A stretch of DNA of 64,000 nucleotides from assembly GCA_050010195.1 (NCBI GenBank), contig JBEKLM010000016.1:16042-80041 (forward strand), in the 5' to 3' direction. The position numbers and the translations under genes were made by a program. Below are positions 38,401 to 45,840 of this stretch, piece after piece (the first letter of the stretch is position 1; every line of letters starts with the position of its first letter). Under the pieces are notes generated by a model, which did not search any database, was not told the origin of the DNA, and worked only from the letters and a program-made list of their open reading frames with translations. This DNA is from Verrucomicrobiia bacterium (GTDB taxonomy: Bacteria; Verrucomicrobiota; Verrucomicrobiia; Palsa-1439).

Positions 38401-39244
38401 AGAAATAATAGTCCATCTGCCCATCCGCCGCCTCAAACGAGTAGCCCGTCGGAATCTGCGTCCCCATCCGGAATGTCTCGCGGCACGGATTGTCGAAGAA
38501 AATTCCGTAAACGAATGACGGCACGCTGCCGTTGGCAGGCTGCACGCCGTAGAAAAACGGCATCATCATGTACATGGGGTTCTGGTACGGTGCCCCTGTG
38601 CCCCAATGATACGACTGGTAGTTCCAGCACATGATGTTGGCGCCCCGCCGATTCGACGGGCCCGGGTACTCGCCAAATCCAAAGTACGCTTGGTTCGCGG
38701 GCATCTGTTTCGTGCATTTCAATTTGAACCCCGACGGTAGTGTGTACGGAATCCCGCTGGCGTCGGTGGAGATGTTGTACGAAGTGTTATACTGAATGGC
38801 ATTGGTCGGGTCGTCCTGAACAAGGGCGTAGCCTCCGAGCCTGTCGTAGAAATCCACCCGGAATGGGTTCTTGTTGATGAGCACGTTGAGCAGGCCGGTC
38901 TGAAGCAGGTAGTTGGTTCCCTGGTCGGTGATTGTGTTGGGCTCCGTCGGCCAGGTCCCGAGTGTCGCCGCGATCATCGGTTCTTCCTTCGCCCAAAATC
39001 CGTTGTAGGAGAAACGCACGCGAATGACGTCATCCGCAAACGCGATAACTTCCGCCGTGCCCCCACTATTGAGCGAAAACACATAGTAGGAATCGCCATT
39101 GGTGGGATCGACGGAAACCACCATATTGGTGATGGCACCCGCATTGGTCTGTGCCTGAACCGACCCGCCCACTGTGATGGCGAGACTGCAAACCAGTACT
39201 GAGGCAACGATTCGGAAGTGCTTGTATATGTTTGGCTTTTGCAT
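35417..39244 (-). CDS. Secreted glycoside hydrolase family 31 (alpha-glucosidase/xylosidase class) with C-terminal binding and surface modules
   Basis: Signal peptide. GH31 nucleophile region 'GGIWNDLTEPE', 'AAGWSGDTETGW' and 'HFGHDLGGF'. These are followed by two ~107-aa CBM-like modules, a Ca-binding-type 'DPDGDGMNNLQEY' loop and a ~90-aa terminal domain ending 'RYYRVRLQQ'. Confidence 0.8.
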   Translation of the reverse strand: MQKPNIYKHFRIVASVLVCSLAITVGGSVQAQTNAGAITNMVVSVDPTNGDSYYVFSLNSGGTAEVIAFADDVIRVRFSYNGFWAKEEPMIAATLGTWPTEPNTITDQGTNYLLQTGLLNVLINKNPFRVDFYDRLGGYALVQDDPTNAIQYNTSYNISTDASGIPYTLPSGFKLKCTKQMPANQAYFGFGEYPGPSNRRGANIMCWNYQSYHWGTGAPYQNPMYMMMPFFYGVQPANGSVPSFVYGIFFDNPCRETFRMGTQIPTGYSFEAADGQMDYYFFGGGTNHTMKAVINSYTELTGRPQILPKWALGHQLSRFAYDDQTWVEYIANTATASNIPLDAIYIDIDYLDSTGQNNIYSDQLHQLTMDTNNYPNPPSMVSSCAVYGVKLIPLIEPWLEPNDPYYGIEYGDLDFIKDNNGNQITTNIYVGNVSWFDYTSQPTLNRWQGDETNWFHTVAWGGIWNDLTEPEDNGQIPYNALLWLNGAYGSGTGGSADTRREWSNERNYFGLRSQKSSYTALLEAFPNRRPFVLSRSGTTGSQQYAAGWSGDTETGWNPNYLQACIRLGANVMISGQSHFGHDLGGFSGSTDGETITRWYEAGSVWPFYRSHSQNGDNLWSDGNQGREPWRFTPWQNWSYANNNNQGANGTNYCALMQKNIQFRYQLMPYLYTLMYNDTVNGNPINTPVVYNYYGDNNTLSLNEYDFLVGDFLLAAPVYTQGATTRTVYLPWPDDWYYYPTGTKYGGGQTVTVNAPLGTLPLFVRGGAIIPMGPSMQYANQFQPSYIDLNCWPDSNSTDANSSFTLYEDAGEGWDFTNGVYAMTAFTSSQTTSNWVLTIGARQGSYNPYSAGTRTFHVYANNPLAVQNVLLNGTQIGQVSGTNSPAPGWLVNTNGQLVVLVSETGSQQTVQVNWNNSDPYSSMTVAGTFNGWNQAANNMEYLGGRTWQYDASFSSVSNIQFKFAANGSWTTNWGGSGAAQTAPFSGVGILNASTNIVVSGTLNGLYQFTFNDETLDYSLEPLLASAYGSMNLPGTFNGWNPATNNMQLVANDTWQCIVGFGNVTNIQFKFAANGNWTSNWGENGGTQSQFGIPQSGAGVSNGSTNILINAVLNGEYQFTFNDVSLAYSVQLFTGDSVGDGIPDWWRAQYFSNGTNTYFGNTTNSQSCATCDPDGDGMNNLQEYLSGTVPTNSASFLHITSVTPQGTNMVVTWYTAGGHTNVVQAASGLPNGSYSNNFVDVSPYIIIQGSGDTTTNYTDLGAATNSPSRYYRVRLQQ
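35850..36490 (-). repeat. Tandem ~321-nt duplication inside the GH31 gene (two CBM-like modules)
   Basis: CTTGAACTGGATGTTGG recurs at 36041 and 36362, a 321-nt (107-codon) offset. The encoded modules share 'GTFNGWN...NIQFKFAANG.WT.NWG...YQFTFND'. Confidence 0.75.
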
Positions 39245-39548
39245 CGAGGCGATATCCGTTTAAGTCTGATTTAGTAAAACGCTTTTACTTTCTCAGGAAT
39301 CTATCTCAAAGTCAACCCCAAATGACCAAACAATATAATAAGAGCACATCTTCATGTGACTGTCCAATTTGGCTTCCGGAAAGCCGATTCCGTGCAATTG
39401 TCATTCCAAACAAGACCCCACTACCGCCGCCATTGCTACCAAACCCGACTGGCCGTACCCCGCAAACGGTCCGCGCTTGATTTCATCCACACGCGGAGTA
39501 GTATCCCGCTTGTCAAACAAAATTAGCGTTTACTTCAGGAGGCTTTCC

Positions 39549-40934
39549 ATGTCGCTTCTCATCAAGAATGGCCGTGTCGTCACCGCCGGCGAACAATACA
39601 CGGCGGACATCTATTGCGAAGGCGAACAAATCACGCGGATCGGCACGAACCTCGAGGCGCCGCCCAAGGCGACTGTCGTCGATGCCACGGGCAAATACGT
39701 GTTCCCCGGCTTCATCGATCCCCATGTGCACATCCATCTGCCGTTCATGGGCACGTTCTCGAAAGACACCCACGAGACCGGCAGTAAAGCCGCGCTGGTC
39801 GGCGGCACGACCACCATCATCGAGATGGTCTGCCAGGCCCGCAACCAACAACCGCTCGCCGATGGTTTCGAATTCTGGCTGAAGAAGGCGGAGGGCCACA
39901 GCGCCTGCGATTTCACGTTCCATCAGACCGTCTCGCGTCTCGACAAGGAATGCGAAGGACAGCTCACCGAAATCGTCAAGAGCGGCATCGCCAGTTTCAA
40001 AATCTTCCTCGCTTACAAGGGCGCGTTCGGGATCACCGATGAAGAGCTCTACCACACGATGCGGCTCGCCAAGAAACTCGGCGTGATCGTCACCGCCCAT
40101 TGCGAAAACGCCGATCTCGTGTATGAGTCCCAGAAGAAGCTGCTCGCCGAAGGCAAGACCGGTCCCGAATGGCATTACTGGAGCCGCCCGCCGCAGGTCC
40201 AGGCCGAAGGCGTGCATCACATGACGTCGTTTGCGGAAATGCACGACACGCATTGTTACGTGGTGCACACCAACTGCGAAGAATCGATGCGGGTAGCGCT
40301 CGCCGCCGCCGCGCGCGGCGTCCATGTGTGGACCGAAATTCTGGTGGAGTATCTCGTGCTCGACAAAACCTATGCCGAACTCCCCAACTTCGAGGGCGCA
40401 AAATACGTCATGTCTCCGCCACTCCCCGATAAAAAGAACCAGGAATGGTTCTGGAATGCGCTCCGCCAGCGGTTCGCCTCGACCGTCGGGACCGACCACG
40501 CGCCGTTCGATTTCAAGGGCCAGAAGGAAATGGGCCGCGGCGATTTCACCAAGATCCCCAACGGCATCCCGGCGCTGGAGGACCGCATCAACCTGCTCTA
40601 TACGCATGGCGTCGCCGAAGGACGGCTCGACCTCAACACGTTCGTCGATTGTGCCAGTACCCAAGCAGCGAAACTGTTCGGTCTCTTCCCGCGCAAAGGC
40701 ACCATCGCCATCGGCAGCGATGCGGATCTCGTGGTCTACGATCCCGATTATCGCGGCAAGATCTCGCAGAAGACGATGTTGATGAATGTGGACTACAGCG
40801 CCTTTGAAGGCTGGCCCATCAAAGGCCGACCCCACGTCGTCACCGTCCGCGGCGAACTTGCCGCCAAAGACGGCAAATTCGTCGGCAAAGTCGGCCGCGG
40901 CAAACTTATCAAACGCGACCCAACGCACTTTTGA
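39549..40934 (+). CDS. Dihydropyrimidinase / D-hydantoinase
   Basis: The ATG at 39549 has 'caggagg' upstream. 'LLIKNGRVVT', 'PGFIDPHVHI', 'SFKIFLAYKG' (carboxylated Lys region), 'HCEN' and 'GTDHAPF' match cyclic amidohydrolases of the DHPase type. Confidence 0.9.
   Translation: MSLLIKNGRVVTAGEQYTADIYCEGEQITRIGTNLEAPPKATVVDATGKYVFPGFIDPHVHIHLPFMGTFSKDTHETGSKAALVGGTTTIIEMVCQARNQQPLADGFEFWLKKAEGHSACDFTFHQTVSRLDKECEGQLTEIVKSGIASFKIFLAYKGAFGITDEELYHTMRLAKKLGVIVTAHCENADLVYESQKKLLAEGKTGPEWHYWSRPPQVQAEGVHHMTSFAEMHDTHCYVVHTNCEESMRVALAAAARGVHVWTEILVEYLVLDKTYAELPNFEGAKYVMSPPLPDKKNQEWFWNALRQRFASTVGTDHAPFDFKGQKEMGRGDFTKIPNGIPALEDRINLLYTHGVAEGRLDLNTFVDCASTQAAKLFGLFPRKGTIAIGSDADLVVYDPDYRGKISQKTMLMNVDYSAFEGWPIKGRPHVVTVRGELAAKDGKFVGKVGRGKLIKRDPTHF
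40863..40887 (+). repeat. Left copy of a 25-bp perfect direct repeat (inside the dihydropyrimidinase 3' end)
   Basis: GCCAAAGACGGCAAATTCGTCGGCA, identical to 41506-41530. Confidence 0.9.
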
Positions 40935-40937
40935 TCG

Positions 40938-41228
40938 CTAGACGCGGCTCTTCCAGTAGTCCGGATCGCGATGGAGGTGCATTACGGCGAGGATGAATAT
41001 CTCGTCCCTGCCGATGCTGTACAACACGCCGTACGGGAACCGGTAGACAAGACAGCGCCGCACATTATCTTCAAGGACAGGCCACGCGCGAGGATGATCC
41101 ACGATGTTTTGAATGGTCGAAAAGACCTCGATGGAAAAGTCCAGCCCAAGTGCCACCCCAACCCTCTCGTAATAATCAATTGCAGCGTAGAACTCGGCCT
41201 TGGCTTCCGGGTGAAACGCGAAGGTCAT
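40938..41228 (-). CDS. RelE/ParE-family type II toxin
   Basis: Start trimmed to the ATG at 41228 (ATGA overlap with the antitoxin stop). 96 aa: 'FHPEAKAEFYAAIDYYE', 'RFPYGVLYSI..DEIFILAVMHLHRDPDYWKSR'. Confidence 0.8.
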   Translation of the reverse strand: MTFAFHPEAKAEFYAAIDYYERVGVALGLDFSIEVFSTIQNIVDHPRAWPVLEDNVRRCLVYRFPYGVLYSIGRDEIFILAVMHLHRDPDYWKSRV

Positions 41229-41461
41229 TTCCCGAAGCGTTTCTGAACTTCCCTGATTACCACGTCGGCCGGCACGGCCTTCACCTTGCCCGATTGCAAC
41301 TCGGCCAGCCGACGTTTCGCCACCGCCACCCATTTCCGGTCAACCGCCGCATCCGTTGGATTCAAAGAACGGAGCAACGAATCCACCAACTTGGCCCGTT
41401 CCTCGACCGGAAGCGATTCAGCGTCACGAATGATTTCCTTCACATCAGCCATATCGTACAT
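41225..41461 (-). CDS. Addiction-module antitoxin (unstable-antitoxin family partner of ParE/RelE)
   Basis: 78 aa. 'LPVEERAKLVDSLLRSL', 'WVAVAKRRLAELQSGKVKAVPADVV' fits the small helical antitoxins paired with ParE-like toxins. Confidence 0.75.
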   Translation of the reverse strand: MYDMADVKEIIRDAESLPVEERAKLVDSLLRSLNPTDAAVDRKWVAVAKRRLAELQSGKVKAVPADVVIREVQKRFGK

Positions 41462-41505
41462 AAACCTATCATGATTTGGACGGCTCTGCCAGTCCGTAAA
41501 TCACG

Positions 41506-41530
41506 GCCAAAGACGGCAAATTCGTCGGCA
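41506..41530 (+). repeat. Right copy of the 25-bp perfect direct repeat (relic dihydropyrimidinase 3' end)
   Basis: Identical 25-mer. The continuing frame reads AKDGKFVG-TIGRR, against AKDGKFVG-KVGRG in the live gene. Confidence 0.9.
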
Positions 41531-41551
41531 CCATCGGCAGACGGCATCCTG

Positions 41552-42548
41552 TTATCCGACGAGGTTCCAACTTCCATCTTCATTCCTCGTCAAGTAAGGC
41601 CGGAAGTGCTTTATCTCCAAATGGCCGCCCCTGACCCTTACGTTCGGAGTGCCGTCTTCCGACTTTAACGGCTTGAACGCGCTGATCCACATTTTCTCGA
41701 TTTTGCACTGCGGATGAGGTTCCACAACCAGCGAGCCGGCTAGCAGCTCGAATTTCTCTGCTCCGGTGCTTAAAGCATGTGCGGCATTAGCGGAGATGAT
41801 GTCGCTAATGAGAACGCCCTCAGACGCCGCATAGCCCATAGACTGAGCAATCCAGTGGATGTGTTGAAATCGCGTGTCGATTGCGATCTGTTCGCCCCTT
41901 CCATTGCGGAGCACGAGAATAAAGGGCACTTGTCGACCGTCATCGAATCTCGCTGACATCAGAATTTCGACCGTTAGGGTTCGATTAGGAGGATACTCCC
42001 CCCAAGCGCGGTCTCTTTCGTATTGAATAGAAATCTTTGCTTCGATCTTCTCTCGGAGTGCTTGCTTTATTTGCCGGAGCAAATCCTCCCTGTCGGAATA
42101 CGACTTCCAAAGAACTTGCGCGGAGATTGATTCCTGAAACTGTTTAACCTTCCGATAGTTCTCATCCTCACCTGGTTGCAATGTCGAGCTGTCCACCTTC
42201 TTAAAAAAGAACATCAAGGATGGCTGCCTATGCCGCCGATACTGTTCCAAAATGAGGTTGCATTCGTGCTCCGTGCCAGACGCGGACTCACTAACAGGAG
42301 TTCCGAGCGTCTTCCACATGGCTCCGAACAAAATCAAGGTCGCTCCAAGACATTTCTGTGTCTATGTAAGACTGAGGAGCCCCAATACCTGGAGGAAGCA
42401 AAGACCAATGAAGGTATTTCAACTTAATGTTGCGGGGTTCGAATTCTGTCGTCAACTCGTCGACTACAGAACGAATGGCGAGAATATCCTCGGTGACGTC
42501 ACTAGGTCCAATGACAGCCACACGGAACGCTGTAAGCGGTATGCTCAT
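41552..42548 (-). pseudogene. Frameshifted gene: N-terminal DUF4062/TIR-like domain plus unknown ~170-aa C-terminal domain
   Basis: Two overlapping ORFs (42548-42291 and 42337-41552) in different frames join at a TTTT run near 42330. The joined product reads 'RVAVIGPSDV..SWSDLDF|ILFGAMWKTLGTP..SGTEHECNL..LMFFFKK', which resembles DUF4062. The region is visibly AT-richer than its flanks. Confidence 0.5.
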
Positions 42549-42692
42549 CCTGAACCTGTAAGCCCCTACTATTACCCGAACCGACTACTTGTGAAAAGAC
42601 AAACTGCGGCCGAAGTGATGCTCACTCTGACCGCTGCCAACATTTCAGGCGCGGCGACGGTCTGCGGCTAGCAACTCATCCGCCGCGGCGTG

Positions 42693-42989
42693 TTACCCGC
42701 CCGCAATTGCCCCGATGATGGACAAGGGCTCCTTGCCTGACACTACGGCGTCAGGCAGCGGGGTGTCCAGCGGGACGTTGGAAAAGTCTTCTTCGCACGC
42801 GTAGAACCGCAGAAACGGTCGGCGCTTTTGCGTGACGTGCTCGCGAATCGTCCCGCGCAGGACCGGGTAGCGCTCCTCGACCGCATCGAGCACGGCCCGA
42901 AGCGTTACCGGCCCGGCAACCTCAACCGCTACCTCTCGTTCAACACGAGCCAGCGTTCGCAGATGAAACGGTAGCTCCACGCGGATCAT
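42693..42989 (-). CDS. MoaD/ThiS-family ubiquitin-like beta-grasp protein with C-terminal Gly-Gly
   Basis: The ATG at 42989 overlaps the upstream TGA (ATGA). 98 aa ending '...IIGAIAGG'. Confidence 0.7.
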   Translation of the reverse strand: MIRVELPFHLRTLARVEREVAVEVAGPVTLRAVLDAVEERYPVLRGTIREHVTQKRRPFLRFYACEEDFSNVPLDTPLPDAVVSGKEPLSIIGAIAGG

Positions 42990-44146
42990 GACAATGTTTG
43001 CACTTCCACGGATAGCACAGCGGGAAGATCGCGGACGATGGGCGACCAGTTGTCCCCGCCGTTCGTTGACGCGTACACCTGCCCGCCGGTGGTGCCGAAA
43101 TAGACGCCGCACGAATCCAGCGAGTCCACGGCCATCGCCTCGCGCAACACGTTGACGTAGCAATCGCGCTGCGGCAGGCCTTTCGTGAGCGCTTCCCATT
43201 CGTCACCGCCGGTCCGGCTGCGGTACACGCGGAGTTTTCCATCGGGTGGATAATGCTCGGAATCGCTCGTGATCGGGACGACGTAGATGGTGTTCGGCTC
43301 GTGCGCGTGAACGTCGATCGGAAACCCGAAATCGGTCGGCAGGTTCCCGCTGACCTCGTGCCAGGTCTCGCCGGCGTCGTCACTGCGGTTGACGTCCCAA
43401 TGCTTCTGCATGAACAGCACATTCGGACGCGATGGGTGCATCGCGATCCGGTGGACGCAATGGCCAACCTCGGAATTCTTGTCCGGAAGCTCATACGAGG
43501 ATTTCAGGCCGCGTGTTGCCGGTCGCCAGGTCTTGCCGGCGTCGTCGGTTCGGAACACGCCGGCGGCGGAGATGGCGACATACATGCGATTCGGGTTGCT
43601 CTGATCGAGAAGGATCGTGTGCAGCCCCATTCCGCCGGCGCCGGGTTGCCACAGATGGCCCTTGGCGCTGCGCAGGGCCGGTAATTCCTGCCACGTCCGC
43701 CCGCCGTCAGTCGTGCGGAACAACGCGGCGTCCTCCACACCCGCGTAAATGGTGTCCGGATCGGTCAGGGATGGTTCGAGGTGCCACACACGCTTGAACT
43801 CCCACGGGTGCGGCGTGCCGTCGTACCACAGGTGCTTGCCCACCTCACCCTCGTACACAAACTTGTTGCTCTCGCCTTTCGGCATGCCGTCGGGAGTGGT
43901 GGTCGGTCCGCCGCCCGGTGGTTCCCACGTCTTACCGCCGTCATCAGAACGCTGGATGATCTGCCCAAACCATCCGCTGCTTTGCGATGCGTACAGCCTG
44001 TTCGGGTCGACCGGCGACCCCTTCACATGGTAAATCTCCCACCCGCCAAAATGCGGACCGTCGACTTTCCATTTTTCGCGTTTACCGTCCGAGGTCAGGA
44101 CGAACGCGCCCTTTCGTGTGCCCACCAGAACTCGTACTCTGCTCAT
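42986..44146 (-). CDS. BNR/Asp-box repeat beta-propeller protein (sialidase/GH74-like fold, no signal peptide)
   Basis: 386 aa with recurring Asp-box motifs ([40 protein letters not shown]). Confidence 0.75.
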   Translation of the reverse strand: MSRVRVLVGTRKGAFVLTSDGKREKWKVDGPHFGGWEIYHVKGSPVDPNRLYASQSSGWFGQIIQRSDDGGKTWEPPGGGPTTTPDGMPKGESNKFVYEGEVGKHLWYDGTPHPWEFKRVWHLEPSLTDPDTIYAGVEDAALFRTTDGGRTWQELPALRSAKGHLWQPGAGGMGLHTILLDQSNPNRMYVAISAAGVFRTDDAGKTWRPATRGLKSSYELPDKNSEVGHCVHRIAMHPSRPNVLFMQKHWDVNRSDDAGETWHEVSGNLPTDFGFPIDVHAHEPNTIYVVPITSDSEHYPPDGKLRVYRSRTGGDEWEALTKGLPQRDCYVNVLREAMAVDSLDSCGVYFGTTGGQVYASTNGGDNWSPIVRDLPAVLSVEVQTLS

Positions 44147-44393
44147 CGCTTCCTCCCACGCGCTGTTTCATTATGCAGACCTTGCTTCGAGAAGACGTAC
44201 CGTTGGACAAACTGCGACGGCCAAATCTCGCATGTAGCGGCGAATTGGTCAATTCAGCAAACGCCCGCCGTCACATTTCTCCGTCAGGAGCAAGTTTTGC
44301 GTTGCGCCCAATCGCGCGCCGCATATAATTCGTTGACAGGGCGAAGGCAGTTGCGATCCTCGCCGCGCGGGCCGCACAAAACGGAGAACATCA

Positions 44394-45827
44394 ATGATTA
44401 AGAATCTTGCCCCGAAGTTGTCCGACGCCGAGTACGAGAGGAATTTTGCCGACATCAATCCTCCGTTCGCGCTGCACAACGCCAGGATCGAGGCCAACCG
44501 CTGCCTGTTCTGTTTCGACGCACCCTGCACCCGCGCCTGCCCGACGCATATCGACATCCCCGCCTTCATCAAGAAGATCGCCACGGGCAACATGCGCGGC
44601 AGCGCCAAGGAAATCCTCGAAGCGAACATTCTCGGCATGAGTTGCGCCCGCGTTTGTCCCGTCGGTTCGCTCTGCGAAGGCGCCTGTGTCTACAACGAGC
44701 GCGACACCGAGCCGATCGAGATCGGCCGCCTCCAGCGCTACTCCATCGATTGGTTTTACGAGAATTGGGACAAGGCGAAAGAGATGTTCAAGCCGGGCAA
44801 GCCCAACGGCAAGAAAGTCGCCTGCATCGGCGGCGGCCCATCGAGCCTGTCCTGCGCGTTCTACCTTGCCCAACTCGGTTACGCCGTCACGATTTACGAC
44901 AAGAACGACAAGCCCGGTGGCCTGAACACCTATGGCATCGCCCGCTACAAGATGTCCGCCCAGGAAGCGCTCAAGGAAGTGAAGCTTGTCGAGCATGTCG
45001 GCGTGAAATTCAAACAGAAAACCGTGGTGGGCAAAGACATCAAAGTCGACAAGCTCACCAAGGAAAACGTCGCCGTGTTCATCGGCATCGGCCTCGGCCA
45101 GACCGAAGACCTCGGCATCCCGGGCGAGGATTTGCCGGGCGTGGTGGACGCCATCACTTTCATTGATGAACTCAAACACAACAAGCTTCGCGACGTTCGG
45201 GTGGGGCGACGTGTTGCCGTCATTGGCGCGGGCAACACGTCGGTCGACGCGGCGACCCAGGCCAAGCGCCTCGGCGCGGAGATGGTCATGGTCGTCTACC
45301 GCCGCTCGGAAGCCGAGATGCCGGCCTACAATTACGAGTACGAAATCGCCAAGAAAGACGGTTGTGTCTATTACTTCCTGACCGCCCCGAAGCGGATTGT
45401 CGGCAAAGGCGCCGTCGCAGGCATCGAGTGCGTCCGCATGAAACTTGGCGAACCCGACAGTTCCGGCCGACCCGCGCCCGAACCGATTCCCGGCAGCGAG
45501 TTCGTCCTCGAATGCGACATGGTCATCAAGTCGCTCGGCCAGAAGAAGCAGCGCGACTTTGTCCAGAAGGTTCTCGGCCTGAAGACCGACAACCGCGGCC
45601 GCATCGCGGTGGACGACATCACGTTGCAGACCAGCAACCCGAAATTCTTTGCCGGCGGCGATTGCGTCAACGGCGGACGCGAGGTGGTCAACGCCGTCGC
45701 CCACGGCAAACGCGCCGCGTGGGCCATCCACAAAAAGGTCACGGGCGAGGACATCGACCTCGACGGCCTATGGAAGAACGAGACCATCCGCCGCGTCGCC
45801 AACACGGCCAAACATCAGTACGCCTAG
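44394..45827 (+). CDS. preT: NAD-dependent dihydropyrimidine dehydrogenase subunit PreT
   Basis: N-terminal Fe-S helical domain 'RCLFCFDAPCTRACPTHIDIP' and 'CARVCP', followed by two Rossmann motifs 'VACIGGGPSS' and 'VAVIGAGNTSVD' (GltD-like). Confidence 0.85.
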   Translation: MIKNLAPKLSDAEYERNFADINPPFALHNARIEANRCLFCFDAPCTRACPTHIDIPAFIKKIATGNMRGSAKEILEANILGMSCARVCPVGSLCEGACVYNERDTEPIEIGRLQRYSIDWFYENWDKAKEMFKPGKPNGKKVACIGGGPSSLSCAFYLAQLGYAVTIYDKNDKPGGLNTYGIARYKMSAQEALKEVKLVEHVGVKFKQKTVVGKDIKVDKLTKENVAVFIGIGLGQTEDLGIPGEDLPGVVDAITFIDELKHNKLRDVRVGRRVAVIGAGNTSVDAATQAKRLGAEMVMVVYRRSEAEMPAYNYEYEIAKKDGCVYYFLTAPKRIVGKGAVAGIECVRMKLGEPDSSGRPAPEPIPGSEFVLECDMVIKSLGQKKQRDFVQKVLGLKTDNRGRIAVDDITLQTSNPKFFAGGDCVNGGREVVNAVAHGKRAAWAIHKKVTGEDIDLDGLWKNETIRRVANTAKHQYA

Positions 45828-45840
45828 GAGAAATTGAACC

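Noticed and set aside
39513-40928. 471-aa ORF antisense to the dihydropyrimidinase gene. Similar mirror ORFs occur at 44391-45731, 45877-47127, 23553-24881, 52012-53340, 35579-36844, 13506-14417 and 1184-2485.
   Set aside because: Each lies exactly opposite, or in an alternate frame to, a gene with strong family motifs. Their translations are R/G/A/P-rich low-information sequences typical of stop-poor frames in high-GC DNA.
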